Shown: piece after piece, positions 53,038-64,000 of the stretch
Layout of the letters: the number at the start of each line of letters is the position of its first letter
Position numbering within the stretch: the stretch's first letter is position 1
NCBI GenBank assembly: GCA_010909165.1
Contig: MU008163.1
Location: forward strand, 2,046,001 to 2,110,000
Reading direction: 5' to 3'
Origin: Anthoceros angustus
Lineage: Eukaryota; Plantae; Anthocerotophyta
DNA length: 64,000 bases
Notes under the pieces: generated by a model
The model's input: the letters and a program-made list of their open reading frames with translations, nothing else
What the model was told of the DNA's origin: nothing
Databases searched by the model: none
Program-made: the position numbers and the translations under genes

Positions 53038-55340
53038 ACATGGAGACTTAATGATATATGCGGAGATGCGAAGTGCGATTGGGAACAACCCTGAAGCTAT
53101 CTACCGCCCGCCCTAGATGCCCTAAGAATACGGAAGGGTTTACTTACCACTGAAGCTGAAGATGCTACAGTCTCCCACATTCAAAAAAACCCCAAGAACA
53201 AAGAAGGGCTTACTTACCATTGAAGCTGAAATGCTAAGTCTCCCACAATCAAAATAATCTTGAAGGGCCTACCACCCCCTAGATGCCCCAAGAATCGGAA
53301 AGGGCCTACTTCCCACCAAAGTTGAAGTTGCTTGTATTCAAAGTCTGTCCTCAAAATAACATTTGCCAACGCTATGTGCCGAGCGATGGAAACAATCGCC
53401 AAAAGAAAGGGACCACGCAAGATAGGGGATACCAACCCCAATTCTTACGGAAAAATATGTTGAGGGCGAGCTCAAAGCTGAAGTTGCTTGTGTCTCTTGC
53501 CAACGCACTCCGCGGAGCGATGGAAACAGGTTGCCGAAAGAAAGGGACCACACAAGATAGGGGGAGACCAACCCCATTCTTACGGATAAATATGGTGAAG
53601 AGCACATCCTCAACATATTTATCCGTCCTGAGCAAGTGTATGTGATATTGCTAATCTGGCTCAAGCACAAGGAGCCCCTCCGTCTGGACCCGTAGTGGAT
53701 TAGAGTGTACAGTGTTGCGGTGAAGAACTTTGACAGTGTGGCGTGCCAACCAGAGCAAAAAAGGCAGGAACTTTTGGAGGCACTACGACATAGTGATAGG
53801 CATAGTGTCTTCCATAAGGCTTTGCACCAGCAATGTTTTAGAAGGTGTACGCAACTCCTATTGCATGTAATGTTGGCAACTCCAGCTTGCCAGCGACATA
53901 TTTCAGCAAAAGCGCAACCAAAGTGCGGCACAAAACATAATTGCGAGGCATGATTACTGCGTGTACATTCACCACCGTGATGCGGGAAGAGTATGATTAC
54001 CCGTGACGTCCGGTGCTTTGAGTCCAAGAAACAGGTGACTCCGAGGCGCGCTTTTTTCCTAAACCATGGCGTGGAGATGATGTGACCCTAACCTCTCTAG
54101 CCAACAAAGACGAAGATGAGGATGCGGTTGGAGACCAGGACAACGAGGGGTTTGGCGATGGCCATGAGGACGGGGAACATATCTAGGCCCCGATGATGAA
54201 GACATGGAGACTTAATGATATATGCGGAGATGCGAAGTGCGATTGGGAACAACCCTGAAGCTATCTACCGCCCGCCCTAGATGCCCTAAGAATACGGAAG
54301 GGTTTACTTACCACTGAAGCTGAAGATGCTACAGTCTCCCACATTCAAAAACCCCAAGAACAAAGAAGGGCTTACTTACCATTGAAGCTGAAATGCTAAG
54401 TCTCCCACAATCAAAATAATCTTGAAGGGCCTACCACCCCTAGATGCCCCAAGAATCGGAAAGGGCCTACTTCCCACCAAAGTTGAAGTTGCTTGTATTT
54501 GTCATCCTCAAAATAACATTTGCCAACGCTATGTGCGAGCGATGGAAACAATCGCCAAAAGAAAGGGACCACGCAAGATAGGGATACCAACCCCAATTCT
54601 TACGGAAAAATATGTTGAGGGCGAGCTCAAAGCTGAAGTTGCTTGTGTCTCTTGCGCTCCCAGGCGATGGAAACAAAGTTGCGAAAGAAAGGGACCACAC
54701 AAGATAGGGGAGACCAACCCCATTCTTACGGATAAATATGGTGAAGAGCACATCCTCAACATATTTATCCGTCTGGCAAGTGTATGTGATATTGCTAACT
54801 GCTCAAGCACAAGGAGCCTCCTAAATGCGGACCCGTAGTGGATTAGAGTGTCGGTGTTGCGGTGAAGAACTTTGATGTGGCGTGCCAGCAGAGCAAAAAA
54901 GGCAGGAACTTTTGGAGGCACTACGACATAGTGATAGGCATAGTGTCTTCCATAAGGCTTTGCACCAGCAATGTTTTAGAAGGTGTCATAACTCCTATTG
55001 CATGTAATGTTGGCAACTCCAGCTTGCGACAGCTACTATCGAAGCAAAAGCGCAACCAAGTGCGGCACAAAACATAATTCTGCGAGGCATGATTCTGCGT
55101 GTACATTCTGAGCCCGGCTGGAAGTAGTTAGGACACGGGCGTCCGGTGCTTTGAGTCCAAGAAACAGGTGACTCCGAGGCGCGCTTTTTTCCTAAACCAT
55201 GGCGTGGAGATGATGTGACCCTAACCTCTCTAGCCAACAAAGACGAAGATGAGGATGCGGTTGGAGACCAGGACAACGAGGGGTTTGGCGATGGCCATGA
55301 GGACGGGGGAACATATCTAGGCCCCGATGATGAAGACATG
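53038..55340. repeat. Tandem duplication, unit ~1.17 kb
   Basis: ACATGGAGACTTAATGATATATGCGG starts at ~53038 and again at ~54203; junction microhomology ACATGGA; copies differ by many indels. Confidence 0.93.
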
Positions 55341-58300
55341 GAAGAGGACAATGGGGCAGAGGAGGATGCAATAGAGCGGGGATTCGGGTATGTCCATGGC
55401 ACTCGCAAGGTTGAAGCCATCTCGCCAGTTGCAGATAGGGCCTCGAGGAATAAGAGGAAAAGGATTGAGAGTGCTCTCCATCCGGCGTGGAGATGGCCTT
55501 GTGGGAAGGGTAGCAAGTTTGCACGAAGCATCCGATGGATGATGACAGGCTGGCGATGACCAAAGCTGAGGTTGGGCGAGATGTTGCGAGGGAAGCAATT
55601 GCAGCAAAGAGTGGGAGTCCACGTTAAAGGCATCCATCGGTTGTAGACCACCGGAAGAACTTTGTCGATTCGGCAAGGTCCGGAAGCTAGACCTGGCTTG
55701 GGTGGAGGCTTTGATGCAAAAGATGAAGCATTCCACATGGGTGGCTGGTGTGCTGCCAATGATTGTCATCGTGGACCCGGCCCAGTGCCCCAACAAGAAC
55801 TCCTTTGACATGGATAGGGTGGATCATGGGGTCTACAAATTTTATATGTTGGGAGGGAATCATTCCTTCCAGGCCAGATCTAGATTGTTGGACTTGTATC
55901 CATTGGTTCAAGAGCACAGATGGATGGATGCATATGTTCTTGCTGGCCTCACACATGAGAAGATGAGGTTAGTTGCCACTGATCACAACACCATTGCGGA
56001 TGCTAGGAAGACTTTTACTTTCATCGACCGTGTGAGGTACATCAGAACCGAGATGAAGGCCAGGCTAGCGGATGGGCTGAAGTGTGACTTAGACTGGAAG
56101 TTGGAGATATATTCCCCGTTGGGCAGGGTACCTAAGTGGGATGCGGTTGGAGACCGGACAACGAGGGGTTTGGCGATGGCCATGAGGACGGGGGAACATA
56201 TCTAGGCCCCGATGATGAAGACATGGAAGAGGACAATGGGGCAGAGGAGGATGCAATAGAGCGGGGATTCGGGTATGTCCATGGCACTCGCAAGGTTGAA
56301 GCCATCTCGCCAGTTGCAGATAGGGCCTCGAGGAATAAGAGGAAAAGGATTGAGAGTGCTCTCCATCCGCGTGGGAGATGGCCTTGTGGGAAGGGTAGCA
56401 AGTTTGCACGAAGCATCCGATGGATGATGACAGGCTGGCGATGACCAAAGCTGAGGTTGGGCGAGATGTTGCGAGGGAAGCAATTGCAGCAAAGAGAGTC
56501 TGGGAGTCCACGTTAAAGCTGTCCATCAGCAGTTGTAGACCACCGGAAGAACTTTGTCAGTTCGGCAAGGTCCGGAAGCTAGACCTGGCTTGGGTGGAGG
56601 CTTTGATGCAAAAGATGAAGCATTCCACATGGGTGGCTGGTGTGCTGCCAATGATTGTCATCGTGGACCCGGCCCAGTGCCCCAACAAGAACTCCTTTGA
56701 CATGGATAGGGTGGATCATGGGGTCTACAAATTTTATATGTTGGGAGGGAATCATTCCTTCCAGGCCAGATCTAGATTGTTGGACTTGTATCCATTGGTT
56801 CAAGAGCACAGATGGATGGATGCATATGTTCTTGCTGGCCTCACACATGAGAAGATGAGGTTAGTTGCCACTGATCACAACACCATTGCGGATGCTAGGA
56901 AGACTTTTACTTTCATCGACCGTGAGGTACATCGAACGAGATGAAGGCCAAAGGATGGGTCAAGTGTGACTTAGACTGGAAGTTGGAGATATATTCCCCG
57001 TTGGGCAGGGTACCTAAGTGGGATGCAGCCAAGCATGGACCTAAGCTCAGTTATCACCGCCTCGTGGACAATAGGACTCTAGATTATTCTGTTGCTAAGG
57101 TGGATGATGGGGTGTGGAAGTACGTGGATGAAATCTTTGAGAAGTGGGAGACGAAACAATTGCCTAAACAGGTGGAAGCAGCTCGAGCTCTCACAGCCAA
57201 ACAGTTGAAGTCCCGCAGGAATTCAAGGAAGACAGCAGCAGCCGTTAGAGCAAACTTGGTCATTGACACAAAGGAGCTTAGTATAACGGTGAGAGTATGG
57301 AAGTATTACCAGGGCATCGAATAGTCTGCAGCAAGGAAACAACAACTTGAAGACAACATGCATGAAAGTCATGGCTGGAGAATTGACATTGAAACAAATG
57401 TTCGTCTGGGTGGACAAGGCCAAAAAACTCAACCTCATCCATGTTACACTAGCCAAGCATTTGCACTGTGAGATATTTAAAGAGGTTCAGGAACGATATC
57501 TAGATTATTGCATAGTGAATCAGATTAGTAACTTCCAGCCTGCTTTCAAAAAATCTGGTCAGTGGTCGACGAACACATAGCTATTCCCAAATCAGAGTTG
57601 ATGTCTTGTGGTGCTTCTTGTTCTTTCCTCATGCACAATGGATGCCTTAACACCGGACATTCTAACAGTAGAACGTCCGGTAGTACTTGACTAGTGTGTG
57701 GTGCCTTCCATGTCTGCAGCGTGCTAACACTTGCCTTGAATGGGGTGCCCTACCTGAGGCCTTCAAGGAGCACATATTCAAGGCCAGGGGTTGGAAGCAA
57801 ATGGAGGAGTCGCAACGTGCCTTGATGTCAACCACATTTGAGGCTAAGCTGACGACCATCATGAACGACTCCAAGCCTGACAAATCCAGCAACTGGGATA
57901 TTGTGTGGCAACATATTGAACATGGCCGGGTTTGTGGAGCCTCGACCGTATGCTCTGCTCTTGTTGGACCTCCCTAGAGGCTTGGATCTAGATCCCCAAT
58001 CAAGTGAATATGACACAAGATTTACCAAGCCAGAGTTTGAAGGGGTCATCATGCAGTTCAAAGGCATCACCACATCCTAGATATTTCGTATAGTGATATT
58101 TCATTCTCCGGATGACACCTTAATGAGAGAAGTATTAATGGAGGCATGCAGGGGTGCTGTGACGACATGTTACTGGCATAAAACCAATGTCATGGCATTT
58201 TTAGAAGACAAGTTGTATGATGTAGGTGACTTTTTCACTTGTGCCGCTAGCAGCTTGGATAAGGACTGTGTGCCTCAGCCATTTGTACTGAGAGAAACCA

Positions 58301-58571
58301 CGCAACTTGGCTGTGGAGTGACAACTTTGTTTGCTGACCGAGCAATCGAACTAAAATTATGTTACAACACAACAGATGATCGAGTTGTTTGCCCTTATTA
58401 GAAGCCCCTAAGACTCTGGAAGAGTGAGATTGGGTGTTAGACGGGTGTGTTGGGTTGGGATCTGGTAAGATAGTAGTTGTGCAGTTATCCCATAATGTCA
58501 TCTCTGTTGATGTGGATCCCAGGTGCGCTCAATTCATGGATCATTCATTCATCTTTGAAACAATTCCATAG
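55215..58571 (+). pseudogene. Decayed gene: acidic region + ParB/Srx-like domain + helical region + beta-class N4/N6 DNA amino-methyltransferase (N6_N4_Mtase-like)
   Basis: ParB-like VRKLDLAWVEALMQKM...LPMIVIVD...FYMLGGNHSFQAR. MTase motifs in beta order: WDIV(C)GNILNM; YALLLLDLPRG (motif IV position, DLPR at 57967-57978); CYWHKTN; CPY*KPL (HPTQKP-like); DWVLDGCVGLGSG...NVISVDVD (motif I, 58428-58517). Several frameshifts and TAG stops. Confidence 0.8.
55253..57025. repeat. Tandem duplication, unit ~885 bp, covering the ParB-like domain
   Basis: GGATGCGGTTGGAGACC at ~55253 and ~56140; junction microhomology GGATGC; indel-rich differences. Confidence 0.93.
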
Positions 58572-59129
58572 ACAACTGGCTGATGGAAAAGGAGGAGGTA
58601 GGCGAGGAGCCAGGCTATGCAGGCAGTCTGACCTTTCATAAGGAGCCCATGGTGAACAACATGGCTAGTGGCCGGGGTTCCTATGTGTCTTTGAAGTAGA
58701 GATCGACGAGGAAGTCTGAGACCAAAGGTCATATGGCATGTGGTAAAGTGGCTCCAGTCGAGAACCCAATGGTCACCGAGGATGCGGAGCAACAGGTGAG
58801 AGAAGCATAGGAGCCTCCTTCTGCGGCTTGGGTTGACAGATCTGGATGTAGGTTTGGAGAACGCTGCTCCAAAGAACGAGCTGTGACTAGTAGACAGTGG
58901 ATAGGCTGCGTTTTTGTTTAGGGGAATCTGGTAGGAGGATACGGTGTAGGTCTTAAGCACCGGACAGCTGGTGGTAGGTGGTAGATCGTTCAGCCCAACA
59001 TGCCATGACATGCCATCGTACACAGTATTCGCTTTTATAGGCTGCATACAGGCGTTCACAATCATCGCCTGTTTTCACAGATGGTTCGCAGTTTAAAACA
59101 CGTTTAAAACACCCTCACACACTGCTTGA

Positions 59130-59620
59130 TGGGTGTGATCAGACAGATGTAGTAGTGATCTGAATGCTGTAAGCCTTGCGTGTTTACAAATCCTGGTGGC
59201 ACACTGCCTGCTGGTGTTCCCCACCCCGTGACATTGGTCTCCCTCTTGCAAGCACGGGGAAGCGTGGGAAGCCTGGCTATAAAGAGGGGAAGGATGTTCA
59301 CGCGCAAATTAAAGGAGGTCAGCAGGACGAGTTGTATGGGCAGATGAGAGAAAGTCGGGTGTTGAAGCGGATAGACATGTTAGCGGGGCAGTTCTCAAAG
59401 CGTGTACCAGTGCAGCAGGTCCGGTATCAGGCAAACAGGGCCATCGTGTATGTTGGGACTTGGTAGACATACATGCAAAATGTAGCAGCTTAGAGAAAGC
59501 TCGTAAAGTTCTTAACAGCTTGCCCACAAAAGATGTGGTGTCGAGGACTGCTATGATTGCCGGAAATGTTGAACAAGGGCTCGGGACTGTATGCGGGCTC
59601 GCACTTTCAAAAGAGCCAGA
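59130..59620 (+). pseudogene. PLS-class PPR fragment, decayed
   Basis: VTLVSLLQA, EGKDVHAQI, and LVDIHAKCSSLEKARKVLNSLPTKDVVSRTAMIAGNVEQG matching the S/P-motif consensus LVDMYAKCGSLEKA.EVF..LP..DVVSWTAMIAGY; frameshifted. Confidence 0.8.
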
Positions 59621-59636
59621 TAAACGTTCAGGCTCG

Positions 59637-62600
59637 TTAAAATGGGGACTGACACAACGGGCAAGTTGACTTGTGTGAAGTGTCGAACCACTTGTATAGG
59701 CATGCAGAATGGAATTTGTGCTTGCAGGTTTTGCAAGCAAGCCTTGGAAGGGTGTGATTCGAAGTGTGAATGATGCTGTAGCAGATAGGGCATTCTTCCA
59801 CACCCTCAAATTCTCGATCGACGTTGCGTTTCCAGATCTGGACAGCTTCTGAGACAGCACCATTCTGCAGATGCACGAGACAGTTAGGTGAAATTTGGTT
59901 CCTCCAAGCACCAGGCATGACACGGCAAGTGAGGAAGCAAACCTGATTTCTCAAAAATGTTGCTATCGAAAGAAGCCATTTTCGTGATCTGGTTTCACTG
60001 ATCCCCATTCTCCGAGTCCACTCAACCTCAGGTGCTCGCAGAGGATACGAGGCTGGGAGGCGAATCAGTATGTCCATGCCTGCCTCCTCCTTCTTGTAGA
60101 ATGCAGTGACTTCTCGTGTGGTGCGGTTTGCTTTGATCGATAAGGTTTCTTCTGCAACCGCTGAAGCTTGCACCTGAAGCAACAGAAGGGTGAGCACTTC
60201 CGTACTCAATGAGATTATATTAGCTGCTTAGCAGTCGAAAGGTGGATGCAAACTCAGATAAACCTGGGAAAACTCCTCAGCTAGAAGCTCCGGACTGCAG
60301 TGAGTTGTGGTGAAGACTTCAATCGCTGTAGCAAGTCCCCGATTGTGTATACCCGTAAACCAAATCCGAACGCAGGCTGGCAGCACCCGCAGTAGTAATC
60401 CATAGATTGCACCTGCCAGTGATGCCATTTCCTCCTTCCCGACTGGCCACAAGCCTTCCACAGCAAATGCGACGGACCCAGTATTTGTTGCTCGTCTTGC
60501 AGCAGTGGCAGGACCACTCAACTTGGCTCCAGCTGAAGAAATTTTCCTTGACCCAGACGAGGTACGCTCCAAGGGGATATGCTGGAATAGGCAATCAAGA
60601 AGCCTGCTAGGGATGTCCAAATCCTGAGCATACTGCACCAATCTCTCCCTTGCTCGAGACATGGGTGGGAGATTTTGTAGTCGCGTCAAAAAGAGAGACC
60701 AACTCAGGAAGTAACGAACCTGCCTCAAAGACGGGAAAGTCAGACCTCGATACCAGATCCTGCAAACACAGTCTTCAAAGATGACAATGCAGAGACACAA
60801 TTGCTTGCAAGGACTTACCCGCAATGATGACGTGAGTGGAGAGCTCTGAATTACAGCCGAAGGAGCCTCCAACTGGGACGAGAGCTCTTGCCGAATCTGC
60901 GCAAGTGCTTGAGGAGGAGAACCATCATCTCCACTCCCAGCACCACCCTCTTCCCCCTCATCCGTTTGCCCTCCATGATCTGCACTGACCACTCCTTTGG
61001 TTACAGCCAACTGCTCCAGTGGTTCCGAGGATAGGAACTGATATGCAGTCCATTGCAAGGAGTCAATTGGCTCAGGGCAGAACAGCAGTGCGTACAGAGC
61101 ACTGATGGAAGTGACCCCAATCCCCCACAGATCAGCAGCACGAACTGCTGCCTCCCTTGTTCTGCCTGACGTGCTGACAGCAACATCAGAAATGCTGTCC
61201 CACAGCCTTGTATCCACTTTCCGCCCTGATGCAACAACCGATCTAACTCGATCTCCATCATATGAGGCAGCTGCTGCTGCCTCAGCCATGCCTGTTGCAA
61301 GAAGAAGTCGTAATATATCTGCCATCGCCCTGATGTCTGCCATTTCCCAACTAGCTTGCTTCAGCTGCTCCCAAGAGTCTGTTCCAATGGCACTCTCAAA
61401 GTCGGTAAGCGCCTTCACTAGAGAAACAACTGAAATAGCAATGGTAAAGAGTTTGCTAGCACTATTCCCCTCAACTGCATGGGGAAGAACCATCCCAAGG
61501 GCATCTTTGCTTTCTGGGATTGCCTCGACTACTGACTCTGTAAATTCCTCAAACATCAGAACTGCAGCCTCAAGCCACTTGCGCACTCGACTCAGGACAA
61601 ACTCCCAGTCATCTTTACTGAAACTTTTCCAGCAATAGGCAACTGTGACCGCAACTAGCTTGGCTAGACTCAGCTCCACATCCTGCTCCCACAAAGGGTC
61701 TAGCTTCAAATCCTCCTGAATTGGTATAGTGCGGAGTATTGCAGCTTGGGCAGCAACTGCTGCCCTAGCTTCTCGAGAGAACTGCTTCCGTAACAGAGCC
61801 AGAAGGAGCTCCCTCTCCTGTGCACTAATTACCGCAGTTGAAGCAGCCACCATGGTTGCCACTCCCCCAGATGGATTCAGTGGAAAGCATGACACTACCA
61901 GGCGAATCCAGAACAATGCATCTGATGCAAAACATACATTGCATGTCAATTTACAAAGCTCAACAAACAAATCAGCTACTAAGCCAAAAAACTGTCAACC
62001 AAGAGAAGGACCTCACCAGCACCTTGCACTCCCCTTTCAGAGGCAACCAGAGGGGGCCACCTTAATGCAGTGGTCAGCCATTCAGAAACTGATAACTCCA
62101 CATCTCTCGAGCAGCTTTCATCAGATTCCAAAATATTTTCCTTCAAGCTGGGTTCCTCAGAAATTCGCTTCCGTAAGACTGGCATCAAAACGGAAAGCAC
62201 TAGTGGTAAGACCTTCAAATTTTCTTGCACAGACAGATTGCCTGGGCGATCTTGGAGAACATGCTCAGAGAATATCGCATATGCATCAACCTTAGCATCA
62301 TGGCCTCCCCTTTCCAGCAAGGATCTTAAGAGGAGCAACAGTGCACGCAAAGGTGCACAACCAAAGTTATGGAGTTCATCTTCTCCGGTATCCCAGAGCA
62401 TCCCAAAAGACTCGCTGCTTTCAGTCTTTGCAATTGCTGAAACGCCTTGAAATAGTGAGCAAACTGTCATATCACAGAGCTCTCGCTCCGGCGTTCCTAC
62501 AGCAGCTTGCCCACACTCTTTCAAGAATGGTACTATGGACTGCATAGCCCCACCATTTGGCCACTGCCAGGTGCATAAAAGCTCTAACGCAAGCCACACT

Positions 62601-64000
62601 CTGCAAGGTTTCTTCACCAAGTAGACTTGCTTGCCCAAAGTAATCTCTTGACCTGAGCAAGCCACATTCTCAGGCCTGGCTGCTTGTTGGAGCTTGGCAG
62701 ACTGCACAGAATGGCTGAATAATACCAGGGCAGAAGGCAAAGAATCCACAAATGATGCGAACTGTCTGTGTGCGTCTTCCTGCAGAGGAGGCTCAGACAG
62801 ATTAGTAGGCATCCTGGAATTGCGACTTTATCATGCTCACTGGACAACACGTGAAAGGCCAACATATTCAGCGACACAATTTTTTCAAGTGACAAAAGAA
62901 AATGTTAAAAGAGACCACTATTGGTAATCATGAGAGAATGTAAGGAAAGAGTGTCAGACTACCTGATCCACGTCCTGTTTTCCTGGAGACCGTAACACTG
63001 ACATGCTCCCCGGTTTCTGGGAGCTACCATCTGTCCACCGAGGCCAGGAATCATTGGAAGCCAAAAGTAGCTCCATAGTTTCATCAAGGTCTTCCGCATC
63101 CTGACAGAAATTTTCACTCAGCTCCAAAGCCCAGCTTGCAGACCTGCGAATCAGTTGATGGCCTTCTTCATCGTCTTTTTCAAAGATTGCAAATCTTATG
63201 CACCTAGTCAAAATCCACCTTAGATGACTTTTACTGAAAGCACTTAGTTTCTCGTAGAAGGGTTGTGAAACTTTGTCAGTAATCACCTTCAGGGACTCCA
63301 AGAAGCCATTTCTGGCGTCCATCCCGACTTTAGACACAGGATCAGCAGCCTCACTGGCTGAGGCAATCTTAACACTGCTGCGTTCAGAACTATCTATGAA
63401 ATTGTCCTCGTCTGCTGCATCCACGTCACTTTCATACTCTTCAGACTCAATTCCTGCATTGTGCACGTGACTTGCATGTGCCCATTTGAGACAGTAGATT
63501 GTAGCAACAATGTTGGCAGAGATTTTGATATCGAAGTCTGTTGTTGAGAGAACACCAATACACTCTCCAATAACGTCCAGTGCGCACTTTGCCAGCACCC
63601 ACATATCATCTCCTGTGCAGGTTTCGTCCATCTCGTCATGTTGAAAACTTTCTACTAGAGTGGACGAGATAAGGGCTGATGCTTGTATCGCCCATTCGTA
63701 GTTTGTGTGTCTAAGTACGGCAAGCAGTCTGTCGAGGAGTCTGGTCAAAATTGATGTAGCTGCAGGGGTAGACACCATGAGGGTAGGGGTCTCTTTGCTT
63801 TCCAGTGCATGCCTGCAAAAGAACAAGCGACATATTTGTCATGGAGAGTAACTTTCCCCCAAATTGATGTATGTCAACTTCAGCTGACTGCAAATACACA
63901 TGACCCCCGAGTAATACTAAACTTTGCAGTCCTGACCTTAGAAGCTGGAGGCAAGACGGGTTCACTATGTCAGCACTCCTGGCAACAGAAACAATTGCTT
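59637..64000 (-). CDS. LTN1: E3 ubiquitin ligase listerin (LTN1), 3' portion; gene continues beyond window
   Basis: C-terminal RWD-like segment (ILIRLPASYPLR), EGVEECPICYSIIH...CKTCKHKFHSACLYKWFDTSHKSTCPLCQSPF*, preceded by long HEAT-like exons. Confidence 0.96.

Noticed and set aside
53338-54027. 229-aa Cys-rich minus-strand ORF
   Set aside because: Not preserved in the duplicate copy and built partly from sub-repeats; probably a chance antisense frame.
54825-55214. Claim that a single ancestral ORF starts at ATG 54825 because its stops are all C-to-T revertible
   Set aside because: Every stop codon is one C-to-T from a sense codon, four stops in 130 codons is close to random, and the duplicate copy gives a different frame. 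Kept only as an uncertain Cys-rich segment.

Overview
This is gene-dense eukaryotic plant DNA with short GT-AG introns. The gene content (PLS-PPR remnant, Pho88/SND3, ZNFX1-like helicase, CRE-type retroelement) suggests a non-seed land plant such as a hornwort or lycophyte; that is an inference. About 15 host genes are supported: matrixin 3' end, pfkB kinase, unknown plastid-type protein, AIPP3-like BAH protein, Pho88/SND3, intronless EER5/THP1, HMCES/SRAP, RING-HC E3, secreted LRR protein, CYSTM, ZIP transporter, alpha/beta hydrolase, AlaRS, and listerin/LTN1 running off the right end. They are interspersed with decayed mobile DNA. Three results stand out. (1) At ~55.2-58.6 kb is a decayed gene, split across several short ORFs in the ORF track, encoding a ParB/Srx-like domain followed by a prokaryote/phage-type beta-class N4/N6 DNA amino-methyltransferase. 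(2) At 35730-39524 is a complete gag-only copia-type LTR element with a perfect 5-bp TSD and non-canonical AG...CT termini. (3) A ZNFX1-like helicase pseudogene abuts a CRE-like non-LTR retrotransposon. Three 0.7-1.2 kb tandem duplications with microhomology junctions and indel-rich copies may be long-read assembly artefacts, so some frameshifts here may not be real. All family assignments come from motif recognition by eye; no database search was run.
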